Source of the DNA: Candidatus Cloacimonadota bacterium | Lineage (GTDB): Bacteria; Cloacimonadota; Cloacimonadia; Cloacimonadales; TCS61 | Assembly (NCBI GenBank): GCA_023137125.1 | Contig: JAGLPW010000107.1 | Location: forward strand, 1-60,517 | Length of the DNA stretch: 60,517 nucleotides | Direction of reading: 5' to 3' | Shown: piece after piece, positions 44,215 through 53,974 of the stretch | Numbering within the stretch: the first letter of the stretch is position 1 | How the letters are laid out: the number at the start of each line of letters is the position of its first letter | Made by a program: the position numbers and the translations under genes | The notes under the pieces: model-generated | Databases searched by the model: none | What the model saw: the letters and a program-made list of their open reading frames with translations, nothing else | Told to the model about the DNA's origin: nothing

Positions 44215-46236
44215 ATGAAAAATACAAACACAGAAGATAATCCGCATTTGGTAGAACTAAATAAAAAATTACAAAATGAGATTAATGACCGGAGTAAGAT
44301 TGAAAAAGAACTTCAAAGAAAGAACTATGAATTACAGTTAATTCTAAATACATCAAGACACATAAATTCCAGTTTAGATCTGAACGAAGTATTTCAACGA
44401 ATAGCAATTGGCGTAATGGACCATCTTAATTCTTATGGATGTGCTATCTACCTTCTCTCAGAAGATGGGAAAGAACTATATCCACAGTTTGTAATTGATC
44501 CTGCTTATGAGAAAGAGATCATGGCTACACCTTTAGATATCAATTCAAGTTTTACCGGAAAAGTAGTAAAAACTAAAAAAAGTATGATGTTCAATGATGC
44601 AGGACCAAATGAGGCAGGATTCCAGATTCCCGGTACGTCAGAGGAAGAAGAAGAAAGAATCATTGCAGCTCCTTTTATCTTCAATAACGAAGTACTCGGT
44701 GCTATTTGTCTTAATAAGATCGGATCATATTTTTCTGAAAATGACCTAAACCTGCTTGATACATTTGCAAATCATGTAACAACATCTATTAAAAATGCTC
44801 AGAATTATAAGAAATTTCAAAGTGAAATCTTGGGTCGCACTTCCGCAGAAAAAGCAAAAGAAGAAAGTGATGAAAAATTCATGAATCTACGCTCTAATGT
44901 TCCGGTGGGATTATTCAGGGCTACCCCAAAAGGGGAATTTATATCTGCAAATCCGGCAATTTTATCAATGTTTGGCTTCGATTCTGAACAAGAATTTCTC
45001 TCTACCCCCTCAAATGCGTTTTATGTAAATGAAGAAAGTAAGAATAATTTGATAGATACCTTAGAAAAAAAGGGTGGAGTACGAGATCTCGAGATTGAAC
45101 TACAAAAGAAAAATGGTGAAAAACTTTGGTGTTTATTAAACATATATACCATTGTTGACGATTCCGGAACCAGGTTATTCCAGGATGGGATCATTACGGA
45201 TATTTCTAAAGAAAAAATAGCAGCAAAAGACCTCGCTAAAACTCAATTTCGTCTAGCAACCATATTAGATAACGTTCCGAATATTATTTTATATGAGACT
45301 GGAGGGGCTAAAGAATTTGTTTCAAAAAACATTGAAGAAATGTTGGGGTATCCAGCAGAAGATTTTGAAAAAGATAAAAATAAATTCACTTCTCTAATTC
45401 ATCCGGACGACAAAGAATATATTAAACAGAAATATTCAGAATGGGAAAAAAATGGCAAAAGTGGTATGTTAACATCGTGGTTCAGGGTACAAAAAAAAGA
45501 TGGAACATATATTTGGATTGAAGATAGAATGCTTGAAATAACCGATAAAAATAATGTGAAATACCATGCAGGTGTAAATATTGACATTACAAATCTAAAA
45601 AATGCTGAAGAGCAACTAAAGGAAAGTTATAGCACATTGCAGCGAATTCTTGAAGAGACAGTAGAAGGACTTGTTCAGGCAGTTGAAATGCGTGATCCAT
45701 ATACTGCCGGTCATCAACGACGTGTATCTGATCTTGCTTCTGCTATCGCTGCTGAGATGAAATTTCCAGAGGATAAAATTAACGGACTTAAATTAGCTGC
45801 ATTAGTTCATGATATTGGGAAAATAAATATCCCTGCAGAAATATTGAGCAAACCGGGAAAACTTACAGCACCCGAATTTAATTTGATAAAAATGCATCCC
45901 CAAACAGGTTATGATATTTTAAAATCTATCGAATTCCCATGGCCTATTGCAGAAATAGTACTCCAGCATCAAGAACGTTATGATGGGTCTTCTTATCCGA
46001 ATGGATTAAAAGGTGAAGATATCCTCATAAAAGCTCGGATCCTAGCGGTAGCAGACGTTATTGAAGCAATGTCTTCTCATCGTCCATACAGACCTTCGTT
46101 AGGAATTGATTTTGCTCTGGAGGAAATTGAAAAAAACAGAAATATTTTATATGATCCGGAAGTTACAGATGTTTGTTTGTCATTATTCAGAGAAAAAGGT
46201 TACAAATTTCCTGATGCCCCTTCTGATACAATATAA
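44215..46236 (+). CDS. GAF-PAS-PAS-HD(-GYP-like) signalling protein
   Basis: HD motifs GHQRRV, HDIGKI and HQERYDGSSYP, the last being a degenerate HHExxDGxGYP. Confidence 0.75.
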   Translation: MKNTNTEDNPHLVELNKKLQNEINDRSKIEKELQRKNYELQLILNTSRHINSSLDLNEVFQRIAIGVMDHLNSYGCAIYLLSEDGKELYPQFVIDPAYEKEIMATPLDINSSFTGKVVKTKKSMMFNDAGPNEAGFQIPGTSEEEEERIIAAPFIFNNEVLGAICLNKIGSYFSENDLNLLDTFANHVTTSIKNAQNYKKFQSEILGRTSAEKAKEESDEKFMNLRSNVPVGLFRATPKGEFISANPAILSMFGFDSEQEFLSTPSNAFYVNEESKNNLIDTLEKKGGVRDLEIELQKKNGEKLWCLLNIYTIVDDSGTRLFQDGIITDISKEKIAAKDLAKTQFRLATILDNVPNIILYETGGAKEFVSKNIEEMLGYPAEDFEKDKNKFTSLIHPDDKEYIKQKYSEWEKNGKSGMLTSWFRVQKKDGTYIWIEDRMLEITDKNNVKYHAGVNIDITNLKNAEEQLKESYSTLQRILEETVEGLVQAVEMRDPYTAGHQRRVSDLASAIAAEMKFPEDKINGLKLAALVHDIGKINIPAEILSKPGKLTAPEFNLIKMHPQTGYDILKSIEFPWPIAEIVLQHQERYDGSSYPNGLKGEDILIKARILAVADVIEAMSSHRPYRPSLGIDFALEEIEKNRNILYDPEVTDVCLSLFREKGYKFPDAPSDTI

Positions 46237-46246
46237 TTAGAATTTC

Positions 46247-46675
46247 TTAATCGAAAAAACGATTTCTTTCAAATGGTGAATTATACTGCCTGAATTCTAT
46301 TGTGAAATTCATTTTTTCAGAAGGCTTATAATTCAATTGAAAATTTGGTAGAACCCGCGAAGTATTATCATTATTGCCATCAAATTCTATCCCACCTTGA
46401 TACGTTGCAGTACCAAAATTAATAAAATTTAGATCTACTTTCAGATTCAATTTAGAACTAAACTTATAATTTATATGATTTGTATATACCGATTCATAAG
46501 CACTCTGGCTATTTGAAGAGATACTACTGCTGAATGACATTGAATGATTTATCGTAAGATTGTTCATATTCATCATTGATGGCATTAATAATTCTGGAGT
46601 AAATGCACTGTTTATTATTTCAGCATTCAGGCTGAATGCTAAAATCAATAAAGTAACCAATATTATTTTTTTCAT
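46247..46675 (-). CDS. Hypothetical small secreted protein
   Basis: Signal peptide MKKIILVTLLILAFSLNA. No recognisable motif. Confidence 0.5.
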   Translation of the reverse strand: MKKIILVTLLILAFSLNAEIINSAFTPELLMPSMMNMNNLTINHSMSFSSSISSNSQSAYESVYTNHINYKFSSKLNLKVDLNFINFGTATYQGGIEFDGNNDNTSRVLPNFQLNYKPSEKMNFTIEFRQYNSPFERNRFFD

Positions 46676-46761
46676 AATTACCTCTCGATTCCTTTTATAG
46701 ATTAAGTTGATTTTATGTCAAATTACTTATGTAAAAACTCTCTCATAATTCAAAAAATCAA

Positions 46762-49395
46762 CTATTTAATCAAGATCATTTTTTTTATGGCTACAACCTT
46801 ATCATCTAACTTCAATCTGTATAGATAAGTTCCACTTGCAACCTTATTACCATTATCATTTTCACTATTCCAAATAACCTTATTCACCGAATTTATAATA
46901 GGATTTACTACATTCAATGTCTTTACTTTCTGCCCTTTTATATTGAATATTTCAATTTCTGCTTGGTAAACTGAACTTTGTATATTGAAAGATATTGTCG
47001 TCTCAGGGTTGAATGGATTTGGATAATTCTGGTATAAATCCACTCCAACAGTTACAATGTCTTCTGTTATGCCTGTATTCAGATCATCCAGATCCATTGT
47101 ATAAGCCGAACAACCGTAAGTTCCTAGTAACAACGTTCGGGTTGGATTGTGAATTAGCATATCAATAACGGGTACATTGGGTAATCCATCAGAAAGACTT
47201 TGCCACTCATCTCCCCCATTCTCTGTAAAAAATACTCCTGCATCCGAACCAATAAAAATTCTATTTGGAAATTCTTGATCAAGAGTAATACAATTTATTG
47301 GTAACTGTGGAAGATTAGAAGATATATCGATCCAATTCTGTCCTAGATCTGTAGATTTAAAGACATGAGGATAAGGATCATCCCAGCGGAAACCTGATAC
47401 AGTTACATAGATCGTGTTCATATCAAAAGGATCTCCAGCGACTCTGGTTATCCAACGATTTGGCAATCCTGCAGTAACATCCGACCAGTTATTTCCATCA
47501 TCAGTAGAAACATGCACATTCCCATCATCTGTTCCTGCAATTACCACATTGGGATAATTCGGATTCACTGCAATCGTAGAAACAGTATGATAACTGGTAC
47601 CAGAATCACCATCTGTCAGATCGTTACTTACCGCTGTCCAGTTGTCTCCACTGTTGGTAGTTTTCCAAACCCGATATGTACCAAAATATAGAATTGTAGG
47701 GTCAACAGGATGCATAGCAAGTGGAGAAGACCAGTTTTTCCGATCATAACTCATCTGGTCAGCTATATTTTCAAACCAGTTACCACCATTTGTAGATCTA
47801 TGCAGATTCCCCCATTGTGATTCAGCAAAAATTATGTTAGGATTTGTGTGATTAACTTTACAATAGAATCCATCTCCACCTAGAATCACATACCAGTCAT
47901 CCAATGCACCGGTCATGGTTCTGATCGTGCTATTGTCCTGAGTACCGCCATAGATTCTTCCCGGATTCAGGTAGTCCATTTCTATCGCATAAAACTGTGT
48001 AAGTGGGATATTATCAATTTTGTCCCAGTTATTACCATAGTCATCACTCGTATATAATCCGCCATCATTACCTTCTACAATTCTGCCTGTAAATTCATCG
48101 ATGATCATTGCATGATGATCTACGTGTATTTCATCCATATTTCCATAATCAGCAATGACCTGCCAATTGTTACCACCATTTTCGGTTCGACAGAGAGCTA
48201 CACCCATAGCATACACCCTATTTTCATTTGCAGGGTCAACACATATCTGTCCAAAATACCAACCGAAACTGGAATTCATGTCGGTGATATTCCAATCATT
48301 GGTTTGATTCCAACTTGCTCCTCCATCAGTGGTTTTAAATATTCCCAAATAAGAATAACCTCCTACCGGTTGCTGGTCATAAAATGCATATAAAACTTCC
48401 GGATTACTTTTAGCAATCGTTAGTCCAATCCTGCCAACCCCATCATGGCTGGGAAGACCACTGGTTAGTTCATCCCAAGTATCTCCGCCATCTGTAGATT
48501 TGTAGATACCGGAAGATAACCCTCCTGAACGACGATATTCTCGACCTCTCATACGTTCCCACATAGAAGCATACAAGATATCAGGATCGGTGGGATGTTG
48601 AACCAGATCTATAGCTGCAGTTGAATCAGTGACAAACAGCTTTCTATCCCAGTTTAATCCACCATCATCACTACGATAAATTCCCCGCTCTTCATTAGGA
48701 CTGAATAATGTTCCGGTTGCGGCTACAAATACTCTTTCAGAATTGGAATGATCTACGATTATTCTGCCAATATAAGCTGAGTTTTCTAAGCCGATATGTT
48801 GCCAACTCTCACCTGCATTCACAGATTTATACAAACCATCTCCAACAAAACTAAAACTAGAAGAATTTGCCTCTCCGGTTCCAGCATATATTATGTTTTC
48901 ATTATTAGGATCAATAGCTAGATCACCAATAGCAATGACAGGTGCATCAGTAAAAATATTCTCCCAATTCACCCCTTCATCAGTGGTTTTGTAAATCCCA
49001 CCTGAAGCAGCCCCGATATACCAGGTCTGAGGGCTGGAAGGGTGTATTGCTAAATCAGTAATACGCCCTCCAACATTAACTGGACCAGCCAATTCCCAGT
49101 TATATTCACGGTTTCCCCTTGTTTGAGAATGCAATTCTGTAGCTTGCTGTAATGCTTCTAAATAATATTCATGCTTTATCTCATGATAAGGATAAGCTCT
49201 TTGATATCCAAACCATTCATTGGGTAATGCTTTTGGTTCTTTTTTTATTTTTCCCCCGTAAGGTGTTTCAATAAATTCTGGATGAGAGATTTTTTTATGT
49301 TTAGGAACAAGTTTAAATAACAATATGCCTACTACAACAAAAATTATCACTATTACAATAAATGCAATAAATCTGGTTTTCAAAATTTCCTCCAA
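46762..49395 (-). CDS. BNR/Asp-box repeat (sortilin/VPS10-like) protein with T9SS C-terminal domain
   Basis: N-terminal TM anchor. Many SxDxGxxW boxes, including TTDEGVNW, SDDGGLNW, STDGGDTW, TTDGGASW and STDLGQNW. C-terminal NYPNPFNPETTISFNI... Confidence 0.8.
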   Translation of the reverse strand: MEEILKTRFIAFIVIVIIFVVVGILLFKLVPKHKKISHPEFIETPYGGKIKKEPKALPNEWFGYQRAYPYHEIKHEYYLEALQQATELHSQTRGNREYNWELAGPVNVGGRITDLAIHPSSPQTWYIGAASGGIYKTTDEGVNWENIFTDAPVIAIGDLAIDPNNENIIYAGTGEANSSSFSFVGDGLYKSVNAGESWQHIGLENSAYIGRIIVDHSNSERVFVAATGTLFSPNEERGIYRSDDGGLNWDRKLFVTDSTAAIDLVQHPTDPDILYASMWERMRGREYRRSGGLSSGIYKSTDGGDTWDELTSGLPSHDGVGRIGLTIAKSNPEVLYAFYDQQPVGGYSYLGIFKTTDGGASWNQTNDWNITDMNSSFGWYFGQICVDPANENRVYAMGVALCRTENGGNNWQVIADYGNMDEIHVDHHAMIIDEFTGRIVEGNDGGLYTSDDYGNNWDKIDNIPLTQFYAIEMDYLNPGRIYGGTQDNSTIRTMTGALDDWYVILGGDGFYCKVNHTNPNIIFAESQWGNLHRSTNGGNWFENIADQMSYDRKNWSSPLAMHPVDPTILYFGTYRVWKTTNSGDNWTAVSNDLTDGDSGTSYHTVSTIAVNPNYPNVVIAGTDDGNVHVSTDDGNNWSDVTAGLPNRWITRVAGDPFDMNTIYVTVSGFRWDDPYPHVFKSTDLGQNWIDISSNLPQLPINCITLDQEFPNRIFIGSDAGVFFTENGGDEWQSLSDGLPNVPVIDMLIHNPTRTLLLGTYGCSAYTMDLDDLNTGITEDIVTVGVDLYQNYPNPFNPETTISFNIQSSVYQAEIEIFNIKGQKVKTLNVVNPIINSVNKVIWNSENDNGNKVASGTYLYRLKLDDKVVAIKKMILIK

Positions 49396-49401
49396 TTTCT
49401 A

Positions 49402-50034
49402 CTATAATTCTCTAATTTTTTTTACATCTCTCTTTTTTAGTTTTTTAATATGTGGAAGAAGCTTCTTTAGTCGCAAATAAAGTTCATTAATATCCTCTTC
49501 ATTTGTGATATTAATATTTGCAAGCTTCTGTCTATCTAATTCAGCCATTTGAGAACTAATTCTTTTTTGAGCAGCTTCTTCTGATATTTTATCTCTTTCA
49601 ATTATTCTTTTTATTCTTATTTCATTTTGTGTTGAGATATTTATCGTAAGATCAAATGCATTTTGTAAACCATTTTCAAAAAGGAGTGGAATTTCAAATA
49701 TTAGAATTTCTTGAAAACTTGTATCAATAATTTGCTGCATTCTCTTTTTGATCTCAGGATGTAGAAGTTCATTAAGTTGTTTTCTTTTGTCTGCTGAATC
49801 AAAAACAATTTTACCAAGTTTTACTCGATCAATTGAATTATCAAGTATAATTTCTTCTCCAAATATACCTTTAATTTTATTTATGAAATATTGTTCTTCA
49901 AGTAATTCATGCCCAATTTTATCAGCATAGAATACTGAGAATTTTTGCTTTTCAAACCACGTAGAAACAACTGATTTACCTGAAGCTATCCCACCTGTTA
50001 TTGCAATTAATAATGGTCTATCAAGATGTTTCAT
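49402..50034 (-). CDS. coaE: Dephospho-CoA kinase
   Basis: ITGGIASGKS P-loop, 210 aa. Confidence 0.85.
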   Translation of the reverse strand: MKHLDRPLLIAITGGIASGKSVVSTWFEKQKFSVFYADKIGHELLEEQYFINKIKGIFGEEIILDNSIDRVKLGKIVFDSADKRKQLNELLHPEIKKRMQQIIDTSFQEILIFEIPLLFENGLQNAFDLTINISTQNEIRIKRIIERDKISEEAAQKRISSQMAELDRQKLANINITNEEDINELYLRLKKLLPHIKKLKKRDVKKIREL

Positions 50035-50764
50035 CCTTTATCCTTTGTGATAGTTCATCAATTGTAAGTCCGCTATAGATCACTCCGTTTTTTGCAACTG
50101 ATATTTTACCCGTCTCTTCCGAAACTATTATAGAAAAAGCATCCGTATTCTCTGTTACACCCACCCCAGCAAGATGACGCGTTCCCAGTTTTTGAGAATA
50201 TTCCACACTTTCGGAGAGAGGCAACACAACCTTAACAGCATACAATCTTTCATTTCTAACAATAACAGCCCCATCGTGAAGAATTGTTTTATTATTAAAA
50301 ATTGTTAGAAGTAATTTTACTGAGATCTGGGCATCGATGATCTCTCCGCTATCGATATAATTATCTAGCTTACGTTTATTCTCAATAATTATCAGAGCAC
50401 CTATTTTTCTAAAAGACATGATAGAAACTGCATTTAAAAGTGGAGAATAGAAAGATTTCTTTGCACTTTGAAAAAGTGTTCTCATGTCATGTGTCTGCGC
50501 AATACGAGTAAATAAATTTCTAATCTCGTACTGAAACAGAACTATGAAAATAATGATCCAATAATCTTTAAAAACTCTTAAAATGGATGTCATCATATTT
50601 AGTTTTAACAACGATGCGGTTAAATATATCATGAATACTCCAAGCAATCCTAATAACATCTGATAGCCACCGCTTTTCGTTAACAGGATAAAAACTCTAT
50701 ATAAAATAAACGCAACAATTATTATGTCGATAATATCGGTAACTTTTGGTATGAAAATACTCAT
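50021..50764 (-). CDS. cdaA: Diadenylate cyclase, membrane-anchored (CdaA-type)
   Basis: Three N-terminal TM helices. DAC-domain motifs HDGAVIV and LGTRHLAG. Confidence 0.8.
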   Translation of the reverse strand: MSIFIPKVTDIIDIIIVAFILYRVFILLTKSGGYQMLLGLLGVFMIYLTASLLKLNMMTSILRVFKDYWIIIFIVLFQYEIRNLFTRIAQTHDMRTLFQSAKKSFYSPLLNAVSIMSFRKIGALIIIENKRKLDNYIDSGEIIDAQISVKLLLTIFNNKTILHDGAVIVRNERLYAVKVVLPLSESVEYSQKLGTRHLAGVGVTENTDAFSIIVSEETGKISVAKNGVIYSGLTIDELSQRIKDETS

Positions 50765-51966
50765 TATACTTTCCTTATTTCTTTCATTACATTTAGAAAT
50801 CTGCTTTGCTGTATCACATCATGTGCGCGTATTATTTCTATATCATTTTGGAACGCAAACGCTGTAGAAGCAAGGCTTCCGGCAAGTCGTCCTTCCATAT
50901 CCGAATCGTAGATATTTCCAATAAAACTTTTTCGGGAAGCACCCAATATTATGGGCACACCAAGACACTTAAATTCAGATATTTTCTTCAAAATAATCAG
51001 GTTATCTTTCTGCCTTTTTCCAAAACCAATTCCGGGATCAATTATTAATCGCTCTTTATGAATTCCATTCTCTTCACAGAAATTTATGCGCTCTTCAAAG
51101 AAAGACAAAATCTCTTCAACAACATCTTCATAATGCGGATTATCCTGCATAGTTTCGGGTGTCCCTCTCATATGCATTAAAACTACTGGTACTTCAGGAA
51201 AATTCTGTAAAACTTTAATCATATCTGCATCAAATAATAGAGCACTGATATCATTTAATATGGAAGCTCCTGCCTGCAATGCTTCTTTTGCAACCTCAGC
51301 TTTAGTTGTATCGATAGAAATTGGGATATCAGAATTTTTACGTAATTCCTTAATAATCGGAATAACCCGTTCTATTTCAGATTCTGCATTGATCTTCTTA
51401 GCTCCGGGTCTGGTCGATTCACCACCAATATCAATAATGTCAGCTCCCTCAGCTATCATTTCCAAGGCACGCTTAACAGCTTTATCCGCATCAAAATACT
51501 GGTTCCCATCAGAAAAACTATCGGGTGTAACATTGAGGATTCCCATTATTTTAGTTTCATTTAATTCCAGTTTGGTTCCATTACAATTGAGGATTTTCGA
51601 GTGTGGATTTTCCTGACCATTAATAATATTTATTAAATCTTGTTTTATTTCCGGTAACCCGAAAATTGTTTGATTATTTAATTTTTTTATCAGTTTTTTA
51701 ATTTTGTCAAGATTTCCCAAAAGGATCATATTACTAATTTCAAGCCTACCGTTCACAACACCTCGTGCAACAGCAGCATCACCACCTATCGAGAGCATTT
51801 CCTGTTTAAGGATATTAGCAGCTCCAACCTTCACATTTGTAATCTTTATCGAAAGTCCAATTGCTTTTGGTGCCATCACTTCAACCCCTTGTGAAGAGAC
51901 GTTGATCTTTTCTAATTCCCTTTTTGCATCTTGCAGCGAATTAATATTTAAGATCCTATTCATCAA
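50764..51966 (-). CDS. folP: Dihydropteroate synthase with ~130-aa N-terminal extension
   Basis: GILNVTPDSFSDG, DIGGESTRPG and the pterin-binding core. The stop overlaps the cdaA start (TAATG). Confidence 0.85.
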   Translation of the reverse strand: MMNRILNINSLQDAKRELEKINVSSQGVEVMAPKAIGLSIKITNVKVGAANILKQEMLSIGGDAAVARGVVNGRLEISNMILLGNLDKIKKLIKKLNNQTIFGLPEIKQDLINIINGQENPHSKILNCNGTKLELNETKIMGILNVTPDSFSDGNQYFDADKAVKRALEMIAEGADIIDIGGESTRPGAKKINAESEIERVIPIIKELRKNSDIPISIDTTKAEVAKEALQAGASILNDISALLFDADMIKVLQNFPEVPVVLMHMRGTPETMQDNPHYEDVVEEILSFFEERINFCEENGIHKERLIIDPGIGFGKRQKDNLIILKKISEFKCLGVPIILGASRKSFIGNIYDSDMEGRLAGSLASTAFAFQNDIEIIRAHDVIQQSRFLNVMKEIRKV

Positions 51967-51977
51967 TCATTACCTAA

Positions 51978-52739
51978 TTATTTCAATTCATAAATAAAGG
52001 TGATCACGCCTTTCTGAACAACATCCTGAGAGATTGGATTGAACTTCCATTTGTTGATTGCATTTAAACTATTAAATTCTAATCTGGATTCAGCTTTTTG
52101 AATAATAATAATATTTGTGACTGAGCCATCAGGAAGCACATCAAATTTCATTTTTACTTTAACGCTCTGCTGAACGCCTTCGGGGTAGGAAGGGATAACT
52201 TTATTTAATATTCTCCGGTTAGTTATTTCACCTTCCAAAATATATGGAGAGTCACTTTCGGTTTCTCCAAGAAGTCTATTCGTGAGTGAATTTAAATAAT
52301 CATCATTTGTAAGAGTAGTGACATCTTCAGCCTTGCTGATCTCAGATGTATTTATCAAATTTTTATCAATTTTAGCTTTAATTTTAGTTTGGGAATTCCC
52401 AATTTTCTTATTCATATCAAGTTGATTAAAAGCTGTCTCTTCATGTGCTGGTATATAAACAGACTCTTCCGATTTGGAAAATGTTTTTGGTAGATCAACT
52501 TTTTTGGGGATTAAATTGCTCAATCTTCCAATATCTTGCGTGTCTGAAGTTCTGGATGGTTGAGATGAGTGTGAGATATATCTTTCATTATTTGCATTTT
52601 CATCAAAACCAAATTCTATGAATTCAATGCGCTTATAAACGCTATCCGGTAAAATTGAGAAATGAACAAATATAGCAATTCCAATTAATATAAGATGGAA
52701 AAAGATGGATGTAAGAATTCCTATATTTTTTTCACTCAT
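51978..52739 (-). CDS. TonB-family protein
   Basis: N-terminal anchor. C-terminal YPEGVQQSVKVKMKFDVLPDGSV...WKFNP is TonB-C-like. Confidence 0.7.
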   Translation of the reverse strand: MSEKNIGILTSIFFHLILIGIAIFVHFSILPDSVYKRIEFIEFGFDENANNERYISHSSQPSRTSDTQDIGRLSNLIPKKVDLPKTFSKSEESVYIPAHEETAFNQLDMNKKIGNSQTKIKAKIDKNLINTSEISKAEDVTTLTNDDYLNSLTNRLLGETESDSPYILEGEITNRRILNKVIPSYPEGVQQSVKVKMKFDVLPDGSVTNIIIIQKAESRLEFNSLNAINKWKFNPISQDVVQKGVITFIYELK

Positions 52740-52741
52740 TT

Positions 52742-53158
52742 TTATTTTTCTAGTTCCTCAACTTGAATCTCAGTTGCGATGAAAAATCTATTCGTTCCGG
52801 ATAATTTAGCTATATCCAAAAGTCTTACTACATTTTTTAATTGCACTGTCTCATCTGCTCGAACCACTACAACCTGCTCAGGATCATCAATAAGTTTTCT
52901 ATTAAGTACTTCAGGAAGTTCTTCCCAACCTACAATTTCATTATTGATAAAAATCTCATTGTTCTTTGTAAGCGTAAGGCTGATATTTTTGTTATATTCA
53001 TTCTGCTGTGAATTTGAACCAGGTAGATCAACCTTGATACCTGAGTGTGTAATAAAATTTGAAGAGATCAGGAGGAAGATCAGCAGGAGAAAGATAACAT
53101 CAGTAAATGAGATCAATCCAATTGTTGAGATCCGCTTTTTCTTCGTTTTAATTACCAT
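52742..53158 (-). CDS. exbD: ExbD/TolR biopolymer transport protein
   Basis: 138 aa with a single TM (SFTDVIFLLLIFLL) and a periplasmic domain. Confidence 0.8.
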   Translation of the reverse strand: MVIKTKKKRISTIGLISFTDVIFLLLIFLLISSNFITHSGIKVDLPGSNSQQNEYNKNISLTLTKNNEIFINNEIVGWEELPEVLNRKLIDDPEQVVVVRADETVQLKNVVRLLDIAKLSGTNRFFIATEIQVEELEK

Positions 53159-53816
53159 CCTTCATACCTCTAATATTGTAGATAAATTCATTAGTGTTCT
53201 CTTCTAATTCGTGAGCAAGATCCTCAACTTTCCCAACCAGATAATTATAAAAAAGAATTGCAATGATCCCTACAGTAAGACCGCCAATAGTAGTTATCAA
53301 AGCTTCCCAAATACCACCAGCTAATAAACTTATGTCAACTCCACCACCAGTTTCACCTAATTTCATAAAAACTTTTACCATACCGGTAACAGTTCCCAAA
53401 AAACCTATAAGAGGTGCAACCGCTGCAAAAGTAGCAAGTGTTCCCAGATTCTTTTCCAGATAATGGATCTCCTTATTTACAGCAGATTCAATCACTTCTT
53501 TTGTTTCAACCATTCCCCTATCCAGAACACTTATCGCTTTGGCAATTATGTTAGCAATCGGACTGCTGTTTCGATCTTCACATACACGAATTGCTATCTC
53601 AAGTTTCTTCTCTCCAAGATAGCCATAAACTTCCTGCAAGAACTCTTCTTCATTCTTATGTGATTTTTTTAGTTTGATCAATCTCTCTATTATTATTGAT
53701 AATGCTGCAATTGATATGATAAATAAAATTATCATTAAGAAACCACCTTTCGAAGCTATCGAAAACAAGCTGGTTTCCATTGGAACGTCCGCTGCTAAAA
53801 CCATTAAATTCATCAT
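53148..53816 (-). CDS. exbB: MotA/TolQ/ExbB proton channel
   Basis: APLIGFLGTVTGMVKVF signature, 3 TM helices. Confidence 0.85.
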   Translation of the reverse strand: MMNLMVLAADVPMETSLFSIASKGGFLMIILFIISIAALSIIIERLIKLKKSHKNEEEFLQEVYGYLGEKKLEIAIRVCEDRNSSPIANIIAKAISVLDRGMVETKEVIESAVNKEIHYLEKNLGTLATFAAVAPLIGFLGTVTGMVKVFMKLGETGGGVDISLLAGGIWEALITTIGGLTVGIIAILFYNYLVGKVEDLAHELEENTNEFIYNIRGMKDGN

Positions 53817-53974
53817 TCCTCCTCATGAAATATGTACGCCGATGAGAAGTATTCCGTTAATATTGTCAAATTATCTTTTTTTGAAATCGATTGAAGCCAA
53901 ATTGGAAAGGTTTTATTTGACATTGAACTCGAATATTCAATCATATCCGCAGTTTTAGAATAAAGGATAAGAAT

